Origin: Patescibacteria group bacterium
GTDB lineage: Bacteria > Patescibacteriota > Minisyncoccia > Phycocordibacterales > JACOZG01
Reading direction: 5' to 3'
Assembly: GCA_038065495.1 (NCBI GenBank)
Contig: JBBTQW010000001.1
Coordinates: 1 to 37,257, forward strand
Length of the DNA stretch: 37,257 bases
The notes under the pieces were generated by a model. That model was given only the letters and a program-made list of their open reading frames with translations. It was not told the origin of the DNA and searched no databases. The position numbers were made by a program, and so were the translations under genes. Of this stretch, positions 16,810-25,819 are shown piece after piece; position 1 is the first letter of the stretch, and every line of letters begins with the position of its first letter.

Positions 16810-17834
16810 GCGTTGCCAGCCTTCACCACATGCTCAAGCAGAGAATTAGTGTACCCCATCTCATTATCGTACCAAGCAAGGATTTTTACCAAGTTACCAC
16901 CGACGACTTTCGTCATCGTGAGGTCAGCCAGCGAGGCAAACGGGCAACCCACAATATCCGTAGAAACTAGTTGTTCGTCCGTGGTGGAGAAAACTTTCTG
17001 CCAGCGGGGCAACTTAGCCGCTTCGCGCAAGATATTATTTACTTCTTCTACTGTCGTAGCGCGCTTACTAATAAAAGTGATGTCGGCAATCGAGCCAGCG
17101 ATCACCGGCACGCGAAGCGCAATGCCATCGAAAAGATTTTTCAAAGCCGGCACCGCCTCAGTGACCGCAATCGCCGCGCCAGTGGTGGAAGGAATGATAT
17201 TCTGCGCCGCCGCTCGTCCGCGCCGATAATCGCCCTTCTTATCCGGCGCATCCACCAGCGACTGCGTAGCCGTGTAAGCGTGGACGGTGTTTAAGATTGC
17301 TTTTTCTACACCAATGCTTTCCAACATGATTTGAATAACCGGCGAAGCGGAATTAGTCGTGCACGAAGCGTTGCTGGAAATCTGGCAAGTCGCGAGCTTA
17401 TCATCGTTAATGCCCATCAGCACGGTGGCACCGACCACGCCCGGCACTGGTTCGTCTTTCATCGGCGCACTCACCACCACTTTCTGCGCGCCGGCTTCTA
17501 GATGCGCCTTCGCCTTCTGATAAGTTTCGAAAAATCCAGTTGATTCCACCACCACCTTCACGTTCAAATCGCGCCACGGTAGTTTGCCTGGCTCTTTCTC
17601 TTGCAGAAATTTAATTCTTTGATTATTTACAACCAGTTCGCCATTTCCCGTTTTAATATCTAAACCAGAACGCCCATAAGCGCTATCGTAACGCAATAAA
17701 TAAGCGAGATTCTCGAGATCGCCTAAATCATTCACGGCCACAATTTCCAATTCTTCCGGCCGTTTTACCGCCAACTTGAGAAAAGCGCGACCGATCCGAC
17801 CAAGACCATTAATCGCTACCCGGACTTTTGCCAT
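16806..17834 (-). CDS. gap: Glyceraldehyde-3-phosphate dehydrogenase (type I)
   Basis: INGLGRIGR, VESTG, SNASCTTN, NIIPSTTGAA, RVP, WYDNE. Confidence 0.97.
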   Translation of the reverse strand: MAKVRVAINGLGRIGRAFLKLAVKRPEELEIVAVNDLGDLENLAYLLRYDSAYGRSGLDIKTGNGELVVNNQRIKFLQEKEPGKLPWRDLNVKVVVESTGFFETYQKAKAHLEAGAQKVVVSAPMKDEPVPGVVGATVLMGINDDKLATCQISSNASCTTNSASPVIQIMLESIGVEKAILNTVHAYTATQSLVDAPDKKGDYRRGRAAAQNIIPSTTGAAIAVTEAVPALKNLFDGIALRVPVIAGSIADITFISKRATTVEEVNNILREAAKLPRWQKVFSTTDEQLVSTDIVGCPFASLADLTMTKVVGGNLVKILAWYDNEMGYTNSLLEHVVKAGNA

Positions 17835-17855
17835 GATTACTAAAAAATAATTAAC

Positions 17856-18365
17856 CTAGCCTTTGTGTTCTAATAAAGTGCGCGTGACGGTAAAAGTGGC
17901 CAGCACTGGTTGATTGTTGGCATCGCGATAAACCAAGTCAGTCTTGAGATCAAAGTTGAAATCGCCATTGTCGTGGTAGAGCACCGCGTAATATTTCTCG
18001 CCTTCGGCGCTCATCTTTGAGAGATTAACTTCGCCAGTTAGGACATCCGCGCCAAAGTAGCCAGCACCCGCGATCTCGCCCGGCGCGCCGGCATTATCCC
18101 GATGGATCACCACCCAGCCACCCTTAGGCAATTCCACACTGGAGACGAACACCACCGTGCCCGGGAACTGATCCTCCACCGTTAGCGCCACTTTCTCGGT
18201 TGTGGGAGCAACTAGAGCGGCGTTGTTATTACCCAGTTGACCAACCGCGCCAAGCTGATTGAGGTCGCGATCGGACTCTTGCTTCCAGAGCCAAACACCG
18301 CCCACCACCAATATTGCCAAAACAACGACGACCAAGATAATCCGCTTGCTTAATTGAGTAGTCAT
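17856..18365 (-). CDS. Membrane-anchored hypothetical protein with an extracellular beta-rich domain
   Basis: N-terminal TM helix; VEDQ..GGWVVIH..YYAVLYHDNGD..FD pattern. Confidence 0.8.
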   Translation of the reverse strand: MTTQLSKRIILVVVVLAILVVGGVWLWKQESDRDLNQLGAVGQLGNNNAALVAPTTEKVALTVEDQFPGTVVFVSSVELPKGGWVVIHRDNAGAPGEIAGAGYFGADVLTGEVNLSKMSAEGEKYYAVLYHDNGDFNFDLKTDLVYRDANNQPVLATFTVTRTLLEHKG

Positions 18366-18464
18366 GAGTAAAAAATTAATCGCTATTTATTTATACTATC
18401 ACTATACTATGACGTTTATTATAGCCTAAAATTACCAGTCAAGCACGCCGCTCTTCTCCCGCAA

Positions 18465-18815
18465 CTAGCTCAAGCGCAAGCCGTTTGCCACCGCCACAGC
18501 TGGTTTGATCACTTTTGCCTCTGGCGCGCCCACCGCCAAGATCATCCCGGCGCTCTCCAAGCCCATCAGCTTTCTCGGCTCGAGATTAGCGACGAAAACT
18601 ACTTGCTCACCCACCAATTCTCCCGCCTCGTAACTCTTGCCCAAACCAGCGATAATCTGCCGCTTATTTTCCAAACCTTCATCAATCATCAGTTTCAGCA
18701 ATTTATCAGAACCCTCGACTCTTTCGGCCGAAATTACTTGCCCCACGCGCAAGTCCACTTTTGCAAAATCAGCAAAATTAATTACCGGACTGATGGGAAT
18801 AATCGGATTTGTCAT
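18465..18815 (-). CDS. Stand-alone tRNA-binding OB-fold protein (MetRS C-terminal / Trbp111 / CsaA-like)
   Basis: FADFAKVDLRVG, GSDKLL, RQIIAG, ANLEPRKLMGLESAGMIL. Confidence 0.9.
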   Translation of the reverse strand: MTNPIIPISPVINFADFAKVDLRVGQVISAERVEGSDKLLKLMIDEGLENKRQIIAGLGKSYEAGELVGEQVVFVANLEPRKLMGLESAGMILAVGAPEAKVIKPAVAVANGLRLS

Positions 18816-19213
18816 TACGACTCTGTGGTTTTACCATCAAACTCGTCGCCCGTGTCCGCTTCGGCGTCTTTTTTCGTCTCATGGATCACACCATCGCGGT
18901 GATGCGGCGGCATGTAGAGCGTGTAGAGTTTCATCAAATCTGAACCAGAATTAACGAGATTATGCTTGGTTCCCGCTGGCACAATAATCACACTACCATC
19001 TGAGATGTCTTGCGATAAATCGTTAAGAATAGCCTGGCCCAAACCGCGCTCCACGCGCAAGAACTGGTCAACATCATGCACTTCTTCACCAATTTCTTCG
19101 CCGGCCTGCAATGACATCAACACTAGTTGACTCTTCTGATCCGTATAGAGCACTTTCCGGAAATTCTCGTTTTCTAGCGTCAGTTTCTCAATATTCGCAA
19201 TATAGCCTTTCAT
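18815..19213 (-). CDS. Cupin domain protein
   Basis: ENFRKVLYT, EEIGEEVH..DQFLRVE, VPAGTKHN, PPHH. Confidence 0.9.
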   Translation of the reverse strand: MKGYIANIEKLTLENENFRKVLYTDQKSQLVLMSLQAGEEIGEEVHDVDQFLRVERGLGQAILNDLSQDISDGSVIIVPAGTKHNLVNSGSDLMKLYTLYMPPHHRDGVIHETKKDAEADTGDEFDGKTTES

Positions 19214-19243
19214 GTTTATTATTATAGCAAAGTTTCCGCTTTT

Positions 19244-20182
19244 TTAGTTCCGGTAAAATTCCACCGTTTTTGCCAAGCCTTCGTCAAAGCTGATAAACGG
19301 CGCATAATTTAGTAACTTTTTAGCTTTAGTAATATCCGCCAGAGAGTGCTTTACATCACCAACCCTTTCTGCCTCATATCTTGGCTGGATATTAGTACCC
19401 AAAATTTTGTTAATTCTCTCTACCAGTTCATTTAGCGAGATCTCATAACCGCAAGCAATGTTGATTACTTCGCCAGCGCACTCATTGCCAGCCACACAAG
19501 CCAGTAAATTTGCCTCAACATTATTAGCAACGTAAGTAAAATCGCGCGAGGTACTACCATCGCCATAGATCACCGGCCGCTCACCACGCAACATTTGCTT
19601 GATAAACACCGGAATCACCGCCGAATAAGCCGAACTGGGATCTTGATTGGGTCCAAAGACATTAAAGTATCTCAAGCAAACTGTTTCTAATTTGTGAAGC
19701 GTGTAGAAATTCTGACAGTAATATTCGCCAGTCAACTTCTGCACCGCATAAGGCGACTTGGGCGCGACTGGCATCGCCTCCTCTTTTGGCATCACTGGCG
19801 AGTCGCCATAAGCCGCCGAAGAAGCGGCGTAGATAAATCTCTTTACTCCCGCCTCGCGCGCCGCGATCAGCATGTTTAGCGTGCCGAGAATATTGGCATT
19901 ATTGGTAAGCACCGGATCCTCCACCGAGCGTGGCACCGAGGCGACTGCGCCATGATGTAGCACATAATCAACATTTTCTGTCGCCTTTTTCGCCACTTCT
20001 AGATTAGTAAAATCACCTTGAACAAACTCAATCTTTTTGGCTTCAATAAACTGCTCAATGTTGGCCAGTTTACCAGTCGCCAGATTATCCAGCACACGCA
20101 CGCTCTCGCCTTGCTCCACTAATTTCTTAACAATATTTGAGCCAATAAAGCCCGCTCCACCGGTGACTAAATACTTGGCCAT
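19244..20182 (-). CDS. NAD-dependent nucleotide-sugar epimerase (extended SDR, WbpP/GalE-like)
   Basis: TGGAGFIGS, SVPRSVEDP, YAVQK (YxxxK), LRYFNVFGP. Confidence 0.93.
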   Translation of the reverse strand: MAKYLVTGGAGFIGSNIVKKLVEQGESVRVLDNLATGKLANIEQFIEAKKIEFVQGDFTNLEVAKKATENVDYVLHHGAVASVPRSVEDPVLTNNANILGTLNMLIAAREAGVKRFIYAASSAAYGDSPVMPKEEAMPVAPKSPYAVQKLTGEYYCQNFYTLHKLETVCLRYFNVFGPNQDPSSAYSAVIPVFIKQMLRGERPVIYGDGSTSRDFTYVANNVEANLLACVAGNECAGEVINIACGYEISLNELVERINKILGTNIQPRYEAERVGDVKHSLADITKAKKLLNYAPFISFDEGLAKTVEFYRN

Positions 20183-20205
20183 GGGCTATTTGTACTATTT
20201 TATTT

Positions 20206-20607
20206 TTATTTATTAGACTTGAACAATGGCGCATAGTGCTCTCTCTGTTGCCATAGAAAATAGATATTAAGCGCCAAGAGAACATCAGCCATAATCGCCC
20301 CAGTAGTGAATAATCCACCATCAAGCACGAGGTGGAAAGCCACGATATTAACAGTGATCGGCAAGATCAAGAGCGCGGCTAGGGCAACTCTCTTGGTCCA
20401 GAGTAGGATAACCGCCAAGGCAAAGACAATGGCCATAATAATGTTGATATATTGGACCGCCATCAGGATTTCGATAAATTGAAAAGCTTTAGTACTCTGG
20501 TACAAGTCAGCCGTCGGCGCTGGGAATATGCCTAGTGTTCCCAAGATAGGCATTACTAAAATCAGACTGAGAATTACTTTCAAAATTACATTAATTATTT
20601 TCTGCAT
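20206..20607 (-). CDS. Membrane protein, DoxX-like
   Basis: About four hydrophobic helices; LPITVNIVAFH motif. Confidence 0.75.
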   Translation of the reverse strand: MQKIINVILKVILSLILVMPILGTLGIFPAPTADLYQSTKAFQFIEILMAVQYINIIMAIVFALAVILLWTKRVALAALLILPITVNIVAFHLVLDGGLFTTGAIMADVLLALNIYFLWQQREHYAPLFKSNK

Positions 20608-20624
20608 GTGTTTATTTTTATTTT

Positions 20625-21008
20625 TTAATTACTGACTATTACTTTGAAGCCCCCATAAGCCATGCGCTTCATGTCAAACGGCATTGGCATATTCTTGTAC
20701 TTATCGGCTTGCTTATCCATTTCTGCCATCACCTTTTTATTAACCTGATCGCGGTGGGCGCGAGATTTGAAAGTAATATAAGAGAACCAGACCATTTCGT
20801 CTTTTTTTAACTTTACCATCTTGGGGAAAGTCAGTCCGGACATTCCTCCCATGTTGGGACTGAGATCATCGCCCACACACTCCCGATACTCAAGTGCACC
20901 ACACTTCAGCCAGACCTTAGCTCCCCACTGCGCCATCTTGCGATACGCGGCCAGATTCTTCTGCGGAATCGCCAACACGAAGCCGTCTACATATTTTGTT
21001 TTTGTCAT
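20625..21008 (-). CDS. DUF1428 (YbaA-like) family protein
   Basis: YVDGFVL, GALEYRECVGDD, SRAHRDQVN, MPFDMKRMAYGGF. Confidence 0.9.
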   Translation of the reverse strand: MTKTKYVDGFVLAIPQKNLAAYRKMAQWGAKVWLKCGALEYRECVGDDLSPNMGGMSGLTFPKMVKLKKDEMVWFSYITFKSRAHRDQVNKKVMAEMDKQADKYKNMPMPFDMKRMAYGGFKVIVSN

Positions 21009-21026
21009 GATTTTTACATTATAACA

Positions 21027-21662
21027 CTAAAAATCTTTTGCTGATCCCAGTTCAAGCGTCACCATTTTTATCCCATCTTTCTCAAATATCGGCCCAGCGA
21101 GACGCTCGGCTAAGCCAGTATCTTTCAAGATTCCATCGTGGACAGAGAAACAAGTTTTAGGCTTGAGTTCTAGAGTGTAATCAACTGCTTCGGAAAATTT
21201 CAGCCACGGCCCAGCCACCGGAAGAGCGAGAATTTCCACTTTTTTACCCGGATTCGTTAGCGCGTCACCAGGATAAAATAGACGACTAGCGATGAAGTAA
21301 CCCGTATTCTGCACCGGCGTGAGTAAGGGATGCATCAAGGCATGCAATTTCCCAAAACCCTCAAACAGCACACCACTCTCGGTCAGACTTTGCCCATCTT
21401 CGAGAATAGTAAAAGCGATTCCCTCTTTCTCCAGAATTTTACTGACCGCCGTATTCGTAATCACTTTTGCTTCTGGATTATTCTTCAGAACGATCTTGAG
21501 TGAATCAACGTGCAGATGATCTTGATGCTCGTGAGTAATTAAAACCAAATCAATATTCTTGATCTCATTCTGCGCGGACGAATAAACTCCCGGATCAGTG
21601 AGAATCCGCAAACCACCTTCTTCTACCAACAAACAACAATGCCCAAATTTCGTGATTTTCAT
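21027..21662 (-). CDS. Metallo-beta-lactamase-fold hydrolase
   Basis: GHCCLL, TDPG, THEHQDH, YPGD, SVHD. Confidence 0.9.
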   Translation of the reverse strand: MKITKFGHCCLLVEEGGLRILTDPGVYSSAQNEIKNIDLVLITHEHQDHLHVDSLKIVLKNNPEAKVITNTAVSKILEKEGIAFTILEDGQSLTESGVLFEGFGKLHALMHPLLTPVQNTGYFIASRLFYPGDALTNPGKKVEILALPVAGPWLKFSEAVDYTLELKPKTCFSVHDGILKDTGLAERLAGPIFEKDGIKMVTLELGSAKDF

Positions 21663-21706
21663 GGGGTGATTATAACATTAAAATCCGCCAAGTTAGCCTC
21701 GCCATT

Positions 21707-21976
21707 TCACCGATGAGTACAGCCCGCCCAGCAACAAGGCCGGCGCATTCCGCCTTTTAGTTTAGAGAGTGCTTTCTTGATTCTGATATCTCTCGTCTCC
21801 GCTTTCTGACCAGAAGTCACCCAGCAGATCCACTCATTGCGCGCGAGTGGCGTGATATCTTCCCAAACGGCTCGGGCCGACGGCACGGAAACAAGCGCCT
21901 GACGGAAATCAGCCGGAAGTTTGTGGATTGTGCCACTAAGAAGTGTTTTGTTTTTAGTCATTTTGGCGATATTCAT
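21707..21976 (-). CDS. YdeI/OmpD-associated family protein (start may be ATG 21961)
   Basis: LPADFRQAL, WEDITPLARNEWICWV, KAETR, RRPCCWAGC. Confidence 0.8.
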   Translation of the reverse strand: MNIAKMTKNKTLLSGTIHKLPADFRQALVSVPSARAVWEDITPLARNEWICWVTSGQKAETRDIRIKKALSKLKGGMRRPCCWAGCTHR

Positions 21977-22174
21977 TGTACAAAATTCGGAGCTTTTTTA
22001 AAACTAATCTCGACAACCAATGATGCGCGCACAAACAATTTTGCCCCTTTATTTAAACCAAGAAAAAACCTTACTTGTTTTAGTTTTCGGGCTTACAGTT
22101 TCTTTTTCAAATAATTTTCTTGGAAAATCTTTATTGTATGCAGTATTCATAGAATTCTAGTAATCCAGCTTTAT

Positions 22175-22266
22175 TGCTTCTAATTGCTTCTAACGATTTT
22201 TGACTAAAATCTGCCCAAAACCCCTGTTTCCCAGTGGGAGAATTGACTGCTTCTAATTGCTTCTAA
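22175..22266. repeat. Two copies of TGCTTCTAATTGCTTCTAA (22175-22193 and 22248-22266), each a tandem 10-mer
   Basis: Exact 19-bp match read directly from the sequence; 73-bp offset. Confidence 0.9.
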
Positions 22267-22267
22267 T

Positions 22268-23695
22268 TTAGAAATTGGGCTCATAGTAGGTATTCATGGA
22301 CGCTCCACCAGAATGGATCAATCCCAGCTCTTGCATTTTACTTAAATCATTGTTAATTGTAGGTCTAGAAACATCAGGAAAAAGCTCGACACACATTGTT
22401 GCCGTAATTCTTTTCTGCTCAACAAGGAAATCCCAGATGCGAAATTGTCGCTCATTCAATTTACTTAATTTGTCACCAGGCAAAATTACCTTAAAACTGT
22501 TTGTCGTATTTTTAAAAATTGGCTGAAGTAATTTCCAGTTTTCCATTTCTGTAAAAACAATATTTATACCCCTACCATATTCCTCTAAATAATCGAGATC
22601 TTTTAGACGTGCCGCAATAACCTCATTACGACTCACCTGGGCATCACGAATATTTTCTACAGTAACCCCGGGCGGTAAACAGCCAGGATTAAATACTTCA
22701 AGTCTGTCTTCAAAAAGATTTACCTGTCCGTATGTCTCAGTGATTCTATAGTCACGGTGGATAATAGCATTTGCAACAATCTCACGAATGGCCTTTTCAG
22801 GATATTCATAGCGTTCAACTCGTTTCGTGCCAATAATTTGGGCGCTTGTTCGTATATTTCTTAGTATAAACTTTTGTATAGCGTCAATTTGTTCGTTTAA
22901 CGTCCCATCAATATCTGCTTTATCTATGATGTCCGTTGCAACGTTTGATCCTTTATATTTTACGCAACGGATAATATAACGATTAAACGATCTCTTGAGT
23001 TGAGGTTTTTCTTTTGCAAAAATAAGGAAACCTGCCACCGTTGGAAATTTATCATTTTCAAACTTGTCCGCTATGCCGAGATTTTTGAGTAAATCAAAAT
23101 ATATTTGCTCAATATGAGCATCTCGATTTGTTCTTTGTCCCATTCGGGCAAGAAGGTCGTATATTTTATTTTCTGATAAATCGCTGAGTTTGGTGTCTAA
23201 CGCTTGAGTACTGTCAAATTTTGATAGCTTGGCATTTTCAAGAAATCGTATCATTTCTTCGTGCGTGATTTTTCTATCGGTATTGCCATCTCGTATGTAG
23301 GCACCATTGGGCATACCTGTATCCTTGTAATAGCAAGGTTTATGCTGATCGGGACATTCGGGAATATAAACAGCGAGTAATGTTTTTCCTTCCATGGTTA
23401 CTGGAAAATATTCTGGGCGGACAACAATACTCATTTGACCACTTACAACATTACTCATTTTTTCTTGCAAAACCGCAAGCTCAGTAATTCCAGTAATTTC
23501 AATGGAGTTTTTTGACCTGTCTTCTGTCACACCAAATACAATGAGACCACCTCCAGGGTTATGAGAAAAGGCAGAAATAGTTTTCCATGTGTCACGTGGA
23601 AATCCGCCGCGAGCATCTTTAAACTCAAGAATGGAAGTCTCTGAACTTATTTTTATTGATTCTTCAATTATGTGTCTAACCTTGGATTCATCCAT
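22268..23695 (-). CDS. Schlafen/AlbA_2 domain + RecG-C-like ATPase (HATPase_c_4) + C-terminal wHTH protein
   Basis: ETSILEFK, TISAFSHNPGGGLIVFGV, YPEKAIREIVANAIIHRDY, NPG, SRN, EEYGRGI, VSRPTINNDL; AT-rich, next to tRNA-Ser. Confidence 0.88.
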   Translation of the reverse strand: MDESKVRHIIEESIKISSETSILEFKDARGGFPRDTWKTISAFSHNPGGGLIVFGVTEDRSKNSIEITGITELAVLQEKMSNVVSGQMSIVVRPEYFPVTMEGKTLLAVYIPECPDQHKPCYYKDTGMPNGAYIRDGNTDRKITHEEMIRFLENAKLSKFDSTQALDTKLSDLSENKIYDLLARMGQRTNRDAHIEQIYFDLLKNLGIADKFENDKFPTVAGFLIFAKEKPQLKRSFNRYIIRCVKYKGSNVATDIIDKADIDGTLNEQIDAIQKFILRNIRTSAQIIGTKRVERYEYPEKAIREIVANAIIHRDYRITETYGQVNLFEDRLEVFNPGCLPPGVTVENIRDAQVSRNEVIAARLKDLDYLEEYGRGINIVFTEMENWKLLQPIFKNTTNSFKVILPGDKLSKLNERQFRIWDFLVEQKRITATMCVELFPDVSRPTINNDLSKMQELGLIHSGGASMNTYYEPNF

Positions 23696-23796
23696 AAAAT
23701 GATTTTAGCAAAGATTAAAGATCTTTAACATAAGCGATTTTTATAAAATCAGTACAAAACCCTTCATTTTGCTCCGGTTCGAACTTTCCTATCTAG

Positions 23797-23881
23797 CGGA
23801 GGGTATGAGATTCGAACTCATGGTGGGTTGCCCCACACACGCTTTCCAAGCGTGCGCACTAGACCGCTATGCGAACCCTCC
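23797..23881 (-). tRNA. tRNA-Ser(GGA), CCA not encoded
   Basis: GGAGGGT acceptor stem, anticodon arm CACGC-TT-GGA-AA-GCGTG, long variable arm, GTTCGAATC T loop. Confidence 0.95.
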
Positions 23882-23883
23882 TT

Positions 23884-24328
23884 CTAACAGATAACTTTTA
23901 ACTTTATAACACATGACGAGCACTTGAGCTATCTTTTTAGACTTTTTTTGAAACCGCCAAGCTGCTTAGAAATACTGACCAGCTCAGCAAAAGTCTTCTC
24001 AAACTGCTCGCGAGTGATAAAATTATTGTCTCGCAAAAAATCTAAATTAGCAACCGTTTCATTAACCGATCCAATCGAGATATCAAAAAAGCGATTAAGT
24101 TCACGATCGGAACTTTTGCCACTTCCCTCGGCGATATTTAGTAAAATTGAAGTCGACGAACGAATAATCTGATTACCTAAACTGTATCTGATCTCATTCG
24201 GCAATTTACCGGCCAAACTTAGAATACTCTTGCAAACATTTCTGGCGCTGATGTAGACCGCCCAGTTTAAGAAACGAAACATTTTTATTTTTCCGTTATC
24301 GGTCATCGGTTATCTTGTCATCTGTTAG
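23884..24328. repeat. Inverted arrays of degenerate heptamers (23885-23920 and 24292-24327) flanking the four-helix-bundle gene
   Basis: Left: taacaga taacttt taacttta taacaca tgacgag. Right (reverse complement): taacaga tgacaaga taaccga tgaccga taacgga. The outer 12 bp match 11/12. Confidence 0.7.
23929..24282 (-). CDS. Four-helix-bundle protein (23S rRNA intervening-sequence protein family); start at MFRFL
   Basis: LPNEIRYSLGNQIIRSSTSILLNIAEGSG..RFFDISIGSVNE motif. Confidence 0.9.
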   Translation of the reverse strand: MFRFLNWAVYISARNVCKSILSLAGKLPNEIRYSLGNQIIRSSTSILLNIAEGSGKSSDRELNRFFDISIGSVNETVANLDFLRDNNFITREQFEKTFAELVSISKQLGGFKKSLKR

Positions 24329-25227
24329 TTCCCCATTTCTCTTAGGATCCTAATTCTCTCCTCCGCCGGCGGATGGGTGAGAAAAAGCTTTTTTAGATTA
24401 CTGCCCAAACTTTTCTGACCAAACGGATTAGCGATAAAGAGATGCGCCGTGCTGGTGCTCGCGCGCTTCATTGGCGCCGGATATTGGCTGATTTTTTCTA
24501 GCGCCGAGGCTAAACCATCCGGATAGCGCGTAAGTAGCGCGCCAGAAGCGTCAGCCAAGAACTCGCGCTTCCGTGAGATTGCCAGCTGGATGAGTGTCGC
24601 CACGATTGGCGATAAGATAGCCGCAATAATGCCTAGAACTAGAAACAAGCTATTCGCGTTATTATCTCTATCGCCACTTCTCCGTCCGCCCCAGAAGGCC
24701 GAGCGCAAGAAAATGTCTGACACCATGGCAACTAAGCCAACCAGCACGACCACAACCGTTGAGAGCAAAATATCTCTATTGCCGATATGCGAGAGCTCGT
24801 GGGCGATCACGCCTTCTAATTCTGTCCTCGTCAGCATCGCGAGCAAGCCAGTGGTAACTGCCACCGCGGCGTGATCTTTGTCCCGGCCAGTGGCAAAGGC
24901 ATTGGGCGCGTCGTCGTTTATTAAATAAATCCGCGGCAGCGGCAAGCCAGCCGTGATCGCGAGATTTTCCACTACATTATACAGCTCCGGTGCCTCACTT
25001 TTCTCGACAAATTTGGCACCAGAGAGCGAGAGCGCAATTTTGTCTGACTGCCAATAAGCGAGAATGTTTAGAAAAATAGAAAAGCCGGCGAAAATATAAA
25101 GTATCGCTGGATTGCCATACGCTTGAGAAAAAATCCAGCCAAGCGCGATTAAGAGCGCAAAGAAAACGCTCATCAAAGCCCAGGTCCGACGGACGTTGCT
25201 TGCCGCTTGCGTGTACAGCGTAGCCAT
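24325..25227 (-). CDS. htpX: M48 family zinc metalloprotease HtpX
   Basis: PNAFATG, AHELSH, SRKREFLADA, THPP; downstream of lemA. Confidence 0.95.
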   Translation of the reverse strand: MATLYTQAASNVRRTWALMSVFFALLIALGWIFSQAYGNPAILYIFAGFSIFLNILAYWQSDKIALSLSGAKFVEKSEAPELYNVVENLAITAGLPLPRIYLINDDAPNAFATGRDKDHAAVAVTTGLLAMLTRTELEGVIAHELSHIGNRDILLSTVVVVLVGLVAMVSDIFLRSAFWGGRRSGDRDNNANSLFLVLGIIAAILSPIVATLIQLAISRKREFLADASGALLTRYPDGLASALEKISQYPAPMKRASTSTAHLFIANPFGQKSLGSNLKKLFLTHPPAEERIRILREMGN

Positions 25228-25243
25228 CAGAATTTAAGTAAAA

Positions 25244-25795
25244 CTAGAACTTCACTTCCACCGGTTGCTTGGCGGCTTGTTCGCCGGCTTCGAGCTGGAA
25301 GAATTCTTTTTTCACAAAGTGTCCCATTTTCGCCACCAAGTTAGAGGGGAAACTATCAATCCGGATATTGTAATCACGCGTATTGCCATTGTAGAAGCGC
25401 CGGGCCGCTTGGATTTTATTTTCTGTGTCCGATAATTCCGTTTGTAGCGCGAGAAAGTTCTGATTCGCCTTCAAGTCCGGATAAGCCTCAGCAATCGCAA
25501 ACACGCTCTTGAGCGCGCTGGTCAGCATATTTTCCGCTGCGCCCTTCTGCGCCAGCGTGCCGGCTCCCATCGCTTGCGCCCGAGCCTGTGTGACCTTCTC
25601 AAACGCTCCACTCTCATGCGCCGCATAACCTTGGACAGTCTTGACCAGATTGGGAATCAAGTCATAACGCCGCTTCATCTGCACCTCAATATCGCTCCAG
25701 GCTTCGTCACTGCGGGTGCGGAGTGTTACCAAGCCGTTGTAACTAAAGACTAGCCACAAGACGACAATCGCGATAATCAATAATGGAATAAACAT
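25244..25795 (-). CDS. lemA: LemA family protein
   Basis: AWSDIEVQMKRRYDLIPNLV, EAYPDLKAN, ENKIQAARRFYN. Confidence 0.96.
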   Translation of the reverse strand: MFIPLLIIAIVVLWLVFSYNGLVTLRTRSDEAWSDIEVQMKRRYDLIPNLVKTVQGYAAHESGAFEKVTQARAQAMGAGTLAQKGAAENMLTSALKSVFAIAEAYPDLKANQNFLALQTELSDTENKIQAARRFYNGNTRDYNIRIDSFPSNLVAKMGHFVKKEFFQLEAGEQAAKQPVEVKF

Positions 25796-25819
25796 AGTTT
25801 TGTTTTTATTTTTTAGAGT

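Noticed and set aside
16806-17834. GAPDH active site CTTNS lacking the second Cys
   Set aside because: The catalytic Cys is retained and this substitution is a known natural variant.
22175-22266. Possible mini-CRISPR or replication iterons
   Set aside because: Only two 19-bp copies, internally tandem and not palindromic, with no cas or rep gene. Kept as a plain repeat.
21980-23796. Integrative element at tRNA-Ser with attL/attR
   Set aside because: No duplicate of the tRNA 3' end and no integrase found; GGTTCGAAC near 23776 is too short to call.
23929-24282. Diversity-generating retroelement, suggested by the Avd-like fold
   Set aside because: No reverse transcriptase and no TR/VR pair with adenine-specific mismatches seen in the window.
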